A stretch of 64,000 nt of DNA from Phaeosaccion multiseriatum (GCA_965112735.1 OZ218953.1:930001-994000), one strand, 5' to 3'; positions 1 through 30,272 are shown, counted from the first letter of the stretch. Numbers and translations are program-made. The notes: a model not told the origin generated them from the sequence alone.

Positions 1-227
1 GGGTGTGAAGGGGTGGGGCCTCTCTCCTTCTTTCTCTCTTTTGAGAGAGGCTACAAGAGTCAGAGAAGGGCACAGAGGGAAGAAGAACTGTCAGTTCCAG
101 CCATTGGGATGGGGTGGGACAGAGTTGAGGGGAGGGGAGGGCAGGGGAGATTTTGTTGACTTTGAGGAATCAACCTAAGCATTACATCAACAGGAATGGG
201 AGGGAGTTGGCCAACTACTTGGGGAAT

Positions 228-491
228 CAGGTATATGGGCCAGGCATATGGGTCGGGCTTGTGGACCAGGCACATGGGTCGGGCTTGTGGGCCAGGCACA
301 TGGATCAGGCTTGTGGGTCAGGCATATGGGTCGGGCTTGTGGGCCAGGCATATGGGTCGGGCTTGTTGAGCAGGCATATGGGTCTGGCTTGTTGAGCAGT
401 CATATGGGTCGGGCTTGTGGGCCAGGCATATGGGTCAGGCTTATTGGCGAGGCATGTGGATCAGGCTTGTTGGCCAGGCATATGGGTCAGG
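228..491. repeat. Minisatellite, ~26-bp unit (GGGTCGGGCTTGTGGGCCAGGCATAT), ~10 degenerate copies
   Basis: Directly visible tandem array; explains spurious repetitive ORFs 153-496. Confidence 0.9.
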
Positions 492-898
492 TGTAACACT
501 CGGTGTGACCCTCTGGCACTCTGTTTGGTGTCTTGTTGGTGCGTGCCTTCCTCATATATCTTAGGAGGAGCCTCCAATAGAGGAGGAGGAGTCGAAACTG
601 TGCAAACTTCCCCATTTCCCAGCGAAATAAATAAAGTACCGTGAAAATAACGATTGATCGATCCAGAGAAGAGAGTCCTCTTAACTTGCCGTACAAGGTA
701 TATATCCTCTTTACTTGCCGGACAAGGTATATATCTTCTTTACTCTATGCTCTATCCTTCGTCCTATACCCACTCAGTTCCTCAATTCATCTACTCCGAA
801 GTAACTGTTCATCAGCCAACTCCGCTGGCCCGTCCCATCTATAGGACCACTGGCTGGTCAGTTAGCTCAACTGGCAACCCGTCCTTCCTCTGGTCAGC

Positions 899-1513
899 TC
901 AACTGGCCTGTCCGGTGTAAGGCTGGTCACTGGGGCCTGAAGCCGCCATTGCAAGCTCAACACCGTTTGCTCCGAAGGCGGGCAGCTTGCTCAGGGCAGC
1001 CCAGCTCAGTCGACGGAGGTACTGAGGGAAGGGAAGGAGGACGGGAAGAGGGGAGGGGAGAGAGAGAGCGAGGAGAAGAGGGTGTGGTGTGAGTGGACTG
1101 GTTAGTTGCATGTATGTGTGTGTATGCGTGCCTCCCTATATGCCTCTCAAGTCCCCTCCTCCCCATCCACTGCCATCCCCCCCCTGCGCCTCCACAATCT
1201 CTTCCTGCCCATCCCCCATACGCCTCTAAATCTCCACCTCTCCCGATACCTTGTCTCTGGAAAGCATCGTTCCGCGTCGAACTCGTTGGATTTCCGCGGC
1301 TTCGTCCATCCAGCCTGAGTGAGGGTATAGGTGGTTGGGGGGGGGGAGGGAGGGAGGTAGGTTGTGCGAGAGGGAGAGAGAGAGAGAAAGGAGAGGGGTT
1401 TCCAAGTTGAGAGTGATACGAAGAGAGAATGGTCTGTAGAGAGTGGTCTGTGTGGCATCCGCATGTAGTGTCCTGTGAGGAGAGCGCGAAGGAGCCCAAC
1501 AAAGAGACCAAGA

Positions 1514-1560
<47 letters not shown>

Positions 1561-1916
1561 TACACACATACATACCACACATACAAACACGCACACGCAC
1601 ACACATACACACATGCATACACATACATACACATCTACTCACTCACCTAGCCACGCAGTGAGCACCTGGTCACACGCCTTCTCAAGCAGCGCGGCCCCTG
1701 CCTCGGACCCGTCCGTTCGCACAGACATCTTGGCAGGGCTTGCCAGGAGGCGGCCCTCGAAGGTGGGCTCGACGGGCAGAGGGGTCGTGCTGGGGTTGTT
1801 GACCACTTCCTCGCGGAGAGCGGAGATGCCCGGCTTGGTGTAGTACTGCTCGCGATACACCTCGTCGTAAGGCAGGTCCACTTTGCTGATGAGGTCAATC
1901 TCCGCCTCCAGGCCTA

Positions 1917-1991
<75 letters not shown>

Positions 1992-2337
1992 TAGCGAGAG
2001 TGGATGGATAGAGCGGTCGGTTGATAAGGTGGTCGACAGGGGGGTACGGAAGGAGAGTAGGGGGGTAGGAGGGTAGGAGGTTGGTGGTACGGTATGGGTT
2101 CACAGGGGGTGGGGTCGGTCGATAGGTCGATAGATCGGTCCGTCGGTCGGTTGGTCGATCGTCCGCGTAGTCGAGATAACAGTTGATTGTCCATATGATT
2201 TTGATTGATTCGCGCGTGATGGATGGAAACAAAGGAGGGAGGGAGTGAGTGAGTGAGTGAGTGAGTGAGTGAGTGAGTTGGGCCATCAGAGATGAGAGAC
2301 GTCCGAGGAGGGGCGGGGAAGCGTGAGACTCGACAGG

Positions 2338-2372
<35 letters not shown>

Positions 2373-3391
2373 ACGCGCGCGCGTGTGTGTGTGTGGGTGT
2401 GTGCGCGTGTGTTTCCTCAATGCTTCTAATCCATTGGTTCTCTCCACAGTCAGTCGCGTATTGCTTGCCGTGGCACACACACGCACCTCCGTCCCTCGCT
2501 GTGAAGGTCAGTGAGAGATGAGGCACATCGAACATCGGCCTGCAGGAGGGAACGGAGCGAAAGGTCAGTGTGAGGAGCGCCTAAGACCGCCTACTAGACC
2601 GGTAACAATCGACCGCAGCCACAGCTGATGCCATCGCTTTCTCTCTCCCCCCCCCCTCTCTCTCTCTCCTGCAGCGGCTCCCGAATCGTAGGCCCTAACT
2701 CGCTCGCTAGCTCCAGCACTACTCATTGCACGCGCTTTCGTACGCGTGCTACTCACATGGTCCACGCCTGCAAGGAAGCGCTCTCCAAGCCTACCCCATT
2801 GGTGGAGGACTTCAGAACCCAATCGCACTTGTCTCCAAGATAGCCCTCAATCCTCCCGCTGCAACCACCTAAGTAAGTACGGCAGCAGCAGCAGCAGTAG
2901 CAGCAGCAGCAGCCGCAGCAGCCGCAGTTGGTGATACAGCAGTAGCACAAGGCAGAGGAGGGCTCTGATTGAGCTGCAGTGTGGGAGGAGAGCTGCCTGC
3001 CGTGTGGAAGTAGGCAACAAGGGGTACCACATCACGCGTTTCCTCCTCCATTTTACAGCCACTAACCTTCGCTCCAGTTGTCGGCGTTCATCGCCTGCGG
3101 GTGATCGCTGGGTCGCAGCTCCATGGCCCCCGAGAGTCTCCCGAACGCTCCGTCGATGAGGCTAGCGGCTGTTGATAAAAGTAGGCAAGATGAGTGAGGA
3201 AGCTCGTTTGAGTAGTGGGGAGCAAGGTGAAGAGAAGTGGATGACAAAGACTTACGTGTGGCGGCCATTTTTAAGGCTTCAGCGCTCCTCCTACTGACGC
3301 TGCGGCTGCTCTGCACCCTGAGCACTCCACCGGGAGAGAGAAAGCCATGGCAGACCACTGGGAGGCACAACACAAGCGCTACTGTCCTCAT
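899..3391 (-). CDS. Plastid-targeted red chlorophyll catabolite reductase-like / ferredoxin-dependent bilin reductase family protein, 7 exons
   Basis: Exons 3391-3256, 3168-3067, 2868-2757, 2539-2487, 1913-1647, 1314-1250, 1021-899 join in frame across GT-AG introns. N-terminus MRTVALVLCLPVVCHG-FLSP is a signal peptide followed by Phe. Motifs AWTMPMFDVPHL, IDLISKVDLPYDEVYREQYY and LSRDKYLRR resemble the RCCR family. Confidence 0.7.
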
Positions 3392-3873
3392 GCTCTCTTG
3401 TGCTTTGCAACCACGTTTACATACAATATGATTATGATGGGGGAGTAAGTCAATTAACCCCATTGGCGACCATCTCTCTTTTTTAAAAAATCTCGCTACG
3501 ACGATAAAACACCAAAGTGAAGATCTTAGGGGGAGCTGAGGCCTACACAGTGTACTCGGGTTTGGATAGCTCAAAGTGCGCTTGAAGAAGCGGCGGGGAG
3601 AAAGTGGGCAGCTGAAATTTGAAGGCCCTTCCGCCCATTGACGAGCGGGGGGGGGGGGGAAAGTGTACAGGCTTTAGAGCACGAGAGGTGAAGGGCTTCG
3701 GAGATCTTACGGAGAACATACGTGACGTGAGGGTGGGCATCTGAAAGTGCGATTGTTGGAGCTGTTGGGGGGGAGTGGGCAGGTGAAAAGTGAGGGTCCA
3801 TCCACCCGTGGAAGACGGGACTGTGCAAAATTTTCTTTTCTTTTCTTTCATCGAGACTCATCCTTGGAGAAGC

Positions 3874-6309
3874 ATGAGTGATACGTGCGGCGCGCGGGCC
3901 TTGAGTACTGTGGCCAGCCTTTTCCCGACACACAAGGCCCTGTGGGGAGTGTGCAAGGAGGTGGACAAGCTCACGTGCCGCACTCTGGTCCTCAGGGCCA
4001 ACATGCCTCGTGCTTTCAAGAGGCGCATGCTTAGCATGCTGGAGGAGCAGCAGCAGAAAGACGAGGAGAAGCACCATACTGCATCTTCGTCTTCTTGGTC
4101 GGGGACTAGGCCTGTTGCTGCTGCAGATCAGGATGCGCTCGAAAGGGGGGGGAAGCGGGCAAAGGGAAGAGCACAGCGCCAGCTGCCCGAGAGCTCACAG
4201 CGCAATGAGACTGGGCCGGGAAATGAGAGGCGCTCATTTTGCGTGACCGCCGTGCGTCTCGGCGCCCAGAGTGGACGCGGTTCTGCCCCTGAAGAGGCCC
4301 TCGTTGTCAAAGTGTTGTCCATGTTGCCACGGTCGGTGAAGGGTGTGCTCTTCTCTGACGCTTTCAATCAGTCTGACGTGTTGTTGCCGAGCTCGCTGGA
4401 GGAGGTGACATTCGGGAGGGACTTTAACAGACCCATCGCTTTCCCTGCCTCGCTGAGGAAGCTTACTTTCCACAAGCTTTCGGCGTTCAATCAGCCTGAT
4501 GTGTTGTTGCCGAGCTCGCTGGAGGAGGTGGCATTCGGGAAGTACTTTGACAGACCTATCGCTTTCCCTCCCTCGCTGAGGAAGCTTACTTTCTGCAGGA
4601 GTTCGGTGTTCAATCAGCCTGATGTGGTCCTGCCGAGCTCGCTGGAGGAGGTGACGTTCGGGAGGTACTTTAACAGACCCATCGCTTTCCCTCCCTCGCT
4701 GAGGAAGCTTACTTTCTCCAGTATCTCTAAGTTCGATCAGCCTGATGTGATCCTGCCGAGCTCGCTGGAGGAGGTGAGATTCGGGAGGTACTTTAACAGA
4801 CCCATAGTTTTCCCTCCCTCGCTGAGGAAGCTTACTTTCTGCAGGAGTTCGGTGTTCAATCAGCCTGATGTGGTCCTGCCGAGCTCGCTGGAGGAGGTGA
4901 GATTCGGGAGGCACTTTAACAGACCCATCGCTTTCCCTCCCTCGCTGAGGAAGCTTGCTTTTGCTGAGGACTCGCTGTTCAATCAGCCTGATGTGATCCT
5001 GCCGAGCTCACTGGAGGAGGTGACGTTCGGGAAGTACTTTAACAGACCCATCGCTTTCCCTCCCTCGCTGAGGAAGCTTACTTTTGCTGAGGACTCGCTG
5101 TTCAATCAGCCTGATGTGATCCTGCCGAGCTCACTGGAGGAGGTGACATTCGGGAAGTACTTTAACAGACCCATCGCTTTCCCTCCCTCGCTGAGGAAGC
5201 TTACTTTTGCTGAGTACTCGCTGTTCAATCAGCCTGATGTGATCCTGCCGAGCTCGCTGGAGGAGGTGACGTTCGGGAGGTACTTTAACAGACCCATAGT
5301 TTTCCCTCCCTCGCTGAGGAAGCTTACTTTTGCTGAGGACTCGCTGTTCAATCAGCCTGATGTGATCCTGCCGAGCTCACTGGAGGAGGTGACGTTCGGG
5401 AGGGACTTTAACAGACCCATCGCTTTCCCTCCCTCGCTGAGGAAGCTTACTTTTGCTGAGGACTCGCTGTTCAATCAGCCTGATGTGATCCTGCCGAGCT
5501 CACTGGAGGAGGTGACATTCGGGAAGTACTTTAACAGACCCATCGCTTTCCCTCCCTCGCTGAGGAAGCTTACTTTTGCTGAGTACTCGCTGTTCAATCA
5601 GCCTGATGTGATCCTGCCGAGCTCACTGGAGGAGGTGACGTTCGGGAGGGACTTTAACAGACCCATCGCTTTCCCTCCCTCGCTGAGGAAGCTTACTTTT
5701 GCTGAGGACTCGCTGTTCAATCAGCCTGATGTGATCCTGCCGAGCTCGATGAAGGAGGTGACATTCGGGAAGTACTTTAACAGACCCATCGCTTTCCCTC
5801 CCTCGCTGAGGAAGCTTACTTTTGCTGAGAACTCGCTGTTCAATCAGCCTGATGTGATCCTGCCGAGCTCGCTGAAGGAGATGACATTCAGGAGGCACTT
5901 TAACAGACCCATAGTTTTCCCTCCCTCGCTGAGGAAGCTTACTTTTGCTGAGGACTCGCTGTTCAATCAGCCTGATGTGATCCTGCCGAGCTCGCTGGAG
6001 GAGGTGACATTCGGGAGGGACTTTAACAGACCCATCGCTTTCCCTCCCTCGCTGAGGAAGCTTACTTTCGGCTGGAAAGCGCAGTTCAGTCAGCAGTTGA
6101 TTCTTCCTTGTGGTGTGGAGGAGGTGGTGATGGGTGGCGGCTTTAATCATCCCTTGCAGCTCCCTGCGTCTCTGCGGAGGCTGACGCTGAGAGAGAGGTA
6201 CACCTGTCCATTGACGGACCTGCCTGCTGGCCTCCAGTACCTCCTGGTTGGGAGGCAGTGCCCGCTGCCCGCAGATCTGCCGGATGGGCTCCGCGTGGAG
6301 TACTTCTAA
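3874..6309 (+). CDS. Intronless FNIP-repeat protein with possible N-terminal F-box-like segment
   Basis: ORF 3790-6309, first ATG 3874. About 14 tandem 41-aa (123-bp) units FNQPDVILPSSLEEVTFGxxFNRPIAFPPSLRKLTF. N-terminal LSTVASLF..LWGVCKEV is F-box-like. Confidence 0.9.
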   Translation: MSDTCGARALSTVASLFPTHKALWGVCKEVDKLTCRTLVLRANMPRAFKRRMLSMLEEQQQKDEEKHHTASSSSWSGTRPVAAADQDALERGGKRAKGRAQRQLPESSQRNETGPGNERRSFCVTAVRLGAQSGRGSAPEEALVVKVLSMLPRSVKGVLFSDAFNQSDVLLPSSLEEVTFGRDFNRPIAFPASLRKLTFHKLSAFNQPDVLLPSSLEEVAFGKYFDRPIAFPPSLRKLTFCRSSVFNQPDVVLPSSLEEVTFGRYFNRPIAFPPSLRKLTFSSISKFDQPDVILPSSLEEVRFGRYFNRPIVFPPSLRKLTFCRSSVFNQPDVVLPSSLEEVRFGRHFNRPIAFPPSLRKLAFAEDSLFNQPDVILPSSLEEVTFGKYFNRPIAFPPSLRKLTFAEDSLFNQPDVILPSSLEEVTFGKYFNRPIAFPPSLRKLTFAEYSLFNQPDVILPSSLEEVTFGRYFNRPIVFPPSLRKLTFAEDSLFNQPDVILPSSLEEVTFGRDFNRPIAFPPSLRKLTFAEDSLFNQPDVILPSSLEEVTFGKYFNRPIAFPPSLRKLTFAEYSLFNQPDVILPSSLEEVTFGRDFNRPIAFPPSLRKLTFAEDSLFNQPDVILPSSMKEVTFGKYFNRPIAFPPSLRKLTFAENSLFNQPDVILPSSLKEMTFRRHFNRPIVFPPSLRKLTFAEDSLFNQPDVILPSSLEEVTFGRDFNRPIAFPPSLRKLTFGWKAQFSQQLILPCGVEEVVMGGGFNHPLQLPASLRRLTLRERYTCPLTDLPAGLQYLLVGRQCPLPADLPDGLRVEYF

Positions 6310-6918
6310 ATCACCTAAGAAACTGAAAATGTGATTGTGAGAGTGTGCGTGTGTGTGAGTGTGCCCGTATCTCTGTGTCTCCGGGGCCCTTGAGGGGGCG
6401 GTTACTCCCCCTCTTGGGCGGGGAGGGGGAGTGCAGGACCGGCTCCGCGGTTGAGCCGACCCAGGAAGGCGCGCTCTCGCTCCGAGAGCCACATCTGGTG
6501 GCTGCAGCTGACGAGACGGCGAAGTCTGGTCATTATGATAGGGAATGTGCAGGAGCATACGACAATTGTGAAATGTATGTGCAACATCTACCCTTTTATG
6601 CCTCTCTCTCGATTATCCTCTCTCTTGGGAGAAGGTCACCAGTTTCTTCCTGTATGAATGGACTTACTAAGGCAGATCATATTTCCCCGGCATCATCATT
6701 TCTGTTAAATGCGTAGCGCAAAGTCCAAAGACGAGCATCGTATGTCTGGCCAATACCGCAGGTCGGGCAGTAGATCAACTGGCAGTGACATCCTTTGGAT
6801 CTCTTGCTCTCCTAGCAATGAGGCAGAGAAGCCCAGATGATACCAAAGGCCAATCCCGAGCTGTGACTCGCGCTTGACTCCTCCGGCCGCCGCAGTCGAC
6901 ACTCATCAATGGTAATTG

Positions 6919-9243
6919 TCAACCCCCACCGGTGACTCGCATCACCACTCTCCCCGGATTGTGTTCATCTTCCCATACTTCGACGCCCGGCCTCTCCAGC
7001 AGATAGGACAACACCGCGGGCTTGAGAACGCTGACGCCGTGCTCGCTGCCTCGGCCTCGACCCGTGACAACTTTGATCTCAGCCCCCACCTTCGCCTCTG
7101 AGAGCACGTGACGAAGCGCTGCCTTGCTCGTCCCCCTGGTGAAATCGTGCAAGTCCACCAACCTCCCAGGCTCCAGCCAGTGTGTGAAGACTCCTTGCGA
7201 CAGGGCCTTTGCGTACAGCTCATCAGCAGCCTCCTCATCACCACCCTCCTGCACAGCATCAATGATGGCGCTGTAGGTCCTTTCGCCAGGAGCGAGTCCT
7301 TCTCCAGTCATCTCCCTCAGTAAGCCCCATGCCTCCACGTGTTGGCTGGCCTTGGCGAAAGCATTAATGGTGGCGTTGTAGCTGACTTCATCCGGCTTGA
7401 TGCCCTCCGCCTTCATCTCCCTCAGTAAACCTAACGCCTCCACGTGTTGGTTGGCCTTGGCGCAAGCATCAATGGTGACGTTGTAACTGACTACATTCGG
7501 CTTGATGCCCTCCGCCTTCATCTCCCTCAACAACTCCATTGCCTCCACGTGGTGGCCGGTCTTGGCGTAAGCATCAATGGTGGCGCTGTAGCTGACTACA
7601 TCCCGCTTGATGCCCTCTGCCTTCATCTCCCTCAGTAAACCTAACGCCTCCACGTGTTGGCTGGCCTTGGCGCAAGCATCAATGGTGACGTTGTAGCTGA
7701 CTACATTCGGCTTGATGCCCTCCTCCTTCATCTCCCTCAACAACTCCATTGCCTCCACGTGGTGGCCGGTCTTGGCGTAAGCATCAATGGTGGCGTTGTA
7801 GCTGACTACATTCGGCTTGATGCCCTCTGCCTTCATCTCCCTCAGTAAACCTAACGCCTCCACGTGTTGGCTGGCCTTGGCGCAAGCATCAATGGTGACG
7901 TTGTAGCTGACTGCATCCGGCTGGATGCCCTCCGCCTTCATCTCCCCCAGTAAGCCCAATGCCTCCACGTGTTGGCTGGCCTTGGCGCAAGCATCAATGG
8001 TGACGTTGTAGCTGACTACATTCGGCTTGATGCCCTCCGCCTTCATCTCCCTCAGTAAGCCCAATGCCTCCACGTGTTGGCCGGCCTTGGCACAAGCATC
8101 AATGGTGGTGTTGTAGCTGACTGCATCCGGCTTGATGCCCTCTGCCTTCATCTCCCTCAACAACTCCATTGCCTCCACATGTTGGCTGGCCCTGGCGCAT
8201 GCGTTAATGGTGGAGCTGTAGCTGATTTCATCCGGAGCGAGTCCTTCTGCCTTCATCTCCCTCAGTAAACCCATTGCCTCCACGTGTTGGGTGGCCCTGG
8301 CGCATGCGTTTATGGTGGCGTTGTAGCTGATTTCATTGGGAGTGAGTCCTTGTGCTTTCATCTCCCTCAGTAAGCCCACTGCCTCCACGTATTGATTGGC
8401 CTTGGCGCATGCATTAATGGTGGAGCTGTAGTTGATCACAGTTGGAGTGAGTCCTTCTGCCTTCATCTCCCTCAACAACTCCATTGCCTCCACATGTTGG
8501 CTGGCCCTGGCGCATGCGTTTATGGTGGAGGTGTAGCTGATTTCATCCGGAGCGAGTCCTTCTGCCTTCATCTCCCTCAATAAAAGTAACGCTTCCACGT
8601 GTTGGTTATTGGCCTTAGCGCATGCGTCAATGGTGGAGCTGTAGCTGATTACGTCTGGAGCGAGTCCTTCTGCCTTCATCTCCCTCAGTAAACGCATTGC
8701 CTCCAAGTGTTGGCTGGCCTTGGCGCATGCGCTAATAGTGGCATTGTATGTGATCACATTTGGCCTGGGTCCTTCCTCCTTCATCTCAGCCAGAAGTTTC
8801 AAAGCGCCCTTCCACCGCCCGCACTTCCCAATCGCGGAAATTGCAGCATTAAAACAGTACTGGTCGGGATTGAGGCCTTCTCGCCGTGCGCCCTCCAGAG
8901 TAGGCGCAACCCTCTTCCAATCCTTGCTCCTCCCCAGAGCTTGGATCTCCCTCATAAGCCGTATCTGTCTCGACTTGTCACTCCCCCCAGTAGAGTAGCA
9001 AGACCATTGCTGCGGCAGGTGCTGCTGGTGATGGAGAGTAGAGTCAGTGCCCCCTTCAGCACAACCCGTTCCTCCTGGTGCTGCGGGTCCTCTTCTATTC
9101 CTGCCAATGCAAGAGGAGTAGCACGCTCTGGTCACCCCCCTCAACGACATCGCCCTTATCATCAGCATTGTTGTCTCGCGGTCTCTCCCTCCCCCACTCG
9201 ACCTTGGCAGCCAGCTGTGAGTTTGGGCGGAGGACCAACACAT
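6919..9243 (-). CDS. Intronless P-class PPR protein with C-terminal SMR domain (PPR-SMR #1)
   Basis: About 16 35-aa PPR motifs; C-terminal VDLHDFT...VVTGRGRGS..GVSVLKP SMR motifs. Arg/Ser-rich segment from ATG 9168 (MLMIRAMSLRGVTR) resembles a mitochondrial presequence. Confidence 0.92.
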   Translation of the reverse strand: MCWSSAQTHSWLPRSSGGGRDRETTMLMIRAMSLRGVTRACYSSCIGRNRRGPAAPGGTGCAEGGTDSTLHHQQHLPQQWSCYSTGGSDKSRQIRLMREIQALGRSKDWKRVAPTLEGARREGLNPDQYCFNAAISAIGKCGRWKGALKLLAEMKEEGPRPNVITYNATISACAKASQHLEAMRLLREMKAEGLAPDVISYSSTIDACAKANNQHVEALLLLREMKAEGLAPDEISYTSTINACARASQHVEAMELLREMKAEGLTPTVINYSSTINACAKANQYVEAVGLLREMKAQGLTPNEISYNATINACARATQHVEAMGLLREMKAEGLAPDEISYSSTINACARASQHVEAMELLREMKAEGIKPDAVSYNTTIDACAKAGQHVEALGLLREMKAEGIKPNVVSYNVTIDACAKASQHVEALGLLGEMKAEGIQPDAVSYNVTIDACAKASQHVEALGLLREMKAEGIKPNVVSYNATIDAYAKTGHHVEAMELLREMKEEGIKPNVVSYNVTIDACAKASQHVEALGLLREMKAEGIKRDVVSYSATIDAYAKTGHHVEAMELLREMKAEGIKPNVVSYNVTIDACAKANQHVEALGLLREMKAEGIKPDEVSYNATINAFAKASQHVEAWGLLREMTGEGLAPGERTYSAIIDAVQEGGDEEAADELYAKALSQGVFTHWLEPGRLVDLHDFTRGTSKAALRHVLSEAKVGAEIKVVTGRGRGSEHGVSVLKPAVLSYLLERPGVEVWEDEHNPGRVVMRVTGGG

Positions 9244-9594
9244 GCATCCACTTCGCTCCTCTCACTTTTCCATAGATGGCACTTTATCCACTTGCTTCAG
9301 AGGAGCAAGGACGGTCGAGGATTATAGTCAGAGGGGGCTGGAGCAAACTCAGAGGAAGAGGACCAGGAGGGAGAAGGAAGAAGGGGATGAGGCTGAGGGA
9401 GCACAATGAGCCACTTGTGATGTGGGACCAGCCACACACCTCAGACAACCAACAAGCACGGGGGATCGTATCCTATGTCGAGTGCGTGTAAAAGCTTTCC
9501 TTCATTTATATCCTCCTCCTGCGACTAACTGTTCATGAGGCGTACCTTCCCCAACTGACGGCAATCCGGCTTCGAACATGCCAAGCACCTTTGA

Positions 9595-9901
9595 TCGACC
9601 CCTGACACGCTATCGCTCACATTCTCGATAGCGCGCTATCGCGCCCCGGCGGGCCCGATAGCGCGCTATCGGCCGCCGGCCAATAGCGGATAGCGTGCCG
9701 GCTGGCGCCGGCCGATAGCGGATAGCGCGCCGGCTGGCGTCAGCTCTCCCCCCCCCCCCCGGTGCGGTAGCAGCTGACGCTGGCGATAGCGGATAGCGAG
9801 CCGGCTGCGCGCCGGCGATAGCGGATAGCGCGCCGGAGATAGCGGATAGCGTGCCGGCTGGCGCCGGCGATAGCGTTAGCGGATAGCGTGTCAGGGGTCG
9901 A
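9595..9901. mobile_element. MITE, 307 bp, perfect 20-bp TIR, 6-bp TSD CTTTGA
   Basis: TCGACCCCTGACACGCTATC (9595-9614) and its reverse complement (9882-9901). CTTTGA at 9589-9594 and 9902-9907. Internal GATAGCG arrays. Confidence 0.9.
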
Positions 9902-10998
9902 CTTTGAGACTCCACAACTAACCGGGCGGGGTGGGGAGAGTGACACACACTTGCAACGGTGCGCGACATTTTAATTGCTGTTCCATCTGATACGCCATAT
10001 GCAAGGACTAAATCCTTTTCATCCAATTGATTTCAATTAGCCTACGCAAGAGGTCAAATTCCTTTTCATCCCAATTGATTCTTTTAACTTCTAATTGATT
10101 TTCGTCTAGTTAATTAATTAAATAATACTTCAAAGTAGTAGTTAATAGTGTTGCCTCGGTAGAGCAAGCTTTAACTCCAACCTTCTTTTGCTCCCTCCAT
10201 ACACACAGGGAGCAGCAGAAGAGCAGAAGGAAGGAAGGCCCTTAATTGCATCTCGCCTATTGTAGAAACGGACATGGCTAGGCGGCAAGGCTGCTGCCGA
10301 ACTCCTTCTCCCCCCTCCCTCCACTCCCTCCCCCATTCCATCAACAGCACAACCCCCCCCCTTTCTCCCCTCGCAGCATGTCAAGGGTCTGCCCTTACAT
10401 TCCCTTCCAAGGGGAGCCGCTGCTGCCGAGCTGCTACCGAGCTGCTGCCGAGCTGCTGACGAGCTGCTACCGACCTGTTGCTCATACGCGGACTCCCAAC
10501 GCGACCAAAACTCCGTCAAGAACCAAACAGCAGCTCGGCAGCAGCTCCGTCGAGAACCAACCATCCGTTTTCTCCTCTCTCCCCTCCTTGTACTCCCAAT
10601 CTATCTATATCTACCCCCCGGCATGACGTCATCTGTATCTACCCCCCTGAATGACGTCAGAGGCCCTCCCTTCAAGGGGTCGCCGCTGCTGATCCACTGC
10701 TGCTGCTTCCACTACTGCTGCTGCTGCTGCTGCCCCCCGCGGCCACGAGGTGGCTTCGCTTTGCCCGGAGCTTGGAGTTGTGTGTGTCATGGGAGCTCTC
10801 GTCATGGCCGTCTTCGGAGTGAGCACCAGGAGCGTCGACACAAGGAGCAAAAGCAACCCAGTGAGCATAAGCAACAAGCAAGGCACGAGCAAAAGAGCAA
10901 GCGAGCAAGCGAGCAAGGAGGAGGGGGGAGAGAGCGGGGGGGAGGGGAGGATGAAATGCCGGCGCGGGGGGGGGGGGGTGAGGCAGACACTCTCTCAC

Positions 10999-23902
<12,904 letters not shown>

Positions 23903-24249
23903 TCTCTCCACCCGCACCGTCTCACCCCCCCCCCCTTTCTCAAGAAATGCGTCAGAAAAGACCAGCTCTAAAAGAACATTGGCGAATTCAAGGAGCAGTA
24001 GGGCTTACTCAGTTCTACTGGCACAGCATTGAGCCATCCCTCTGCTTGTAACGGGCTTTGTCTCGTCCAAAGCGGGCCCGTTCATTAAAAAAAAAAAAAG
24101 TCATGCACTCACAGGCAGAAAGTGTCGTGGGAAACGATGGCACCGGATGGCGCACCATTTCACATGAAACTGGCATTGCTCGGTCCTCCTCTCGCAGCCG
24201 CATCCATTTTTGTAATAAAAAAAGAGCCAAAGCCTTTGCTGTTGTTGTC

Positions 24250-30088
<5,839 letters not shown>

Positions 30089-30114
<26 letters not shown>

Positions 30115-30272
30115 GGGAGAGGCAGAAACGCTTACCAGCCGATAGCATGAGGGAGAGGGAGAAACGCTTACCAGCCGATAGCATGAGGGAGAGGCAGAAA
30201 CGCTTACCAGCCGATAGCATGAGGGAGAGGCAGAAACGCTTACCAGCCGATAGCATGAGGGAGAGGCAGAGA
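30089..30272. repeat. 36-bp tandem repeat x5 containing the GH1 stop codon
   Basis: GAAACGCTTACCAGCCGATAGCATGAGGGAGAGGCA repeated. Confidence 0.92.

Noticed and set aside
492-760. TGTAACA as an LTR start
   Set aside because: No second LTR, PBS, PPT or gag/pol sequence visible.
4363-6085. FNIP array as CRISPR or DGR
   Set aside because: In-frame coding repeats; no reverse transcriptase or template/variable repeat pair.
10398-10550. 11-bp GCTGCTGCCGA array with an inverted copy as a MITE
   Set aside because: No clear terminal repeats or TSD.
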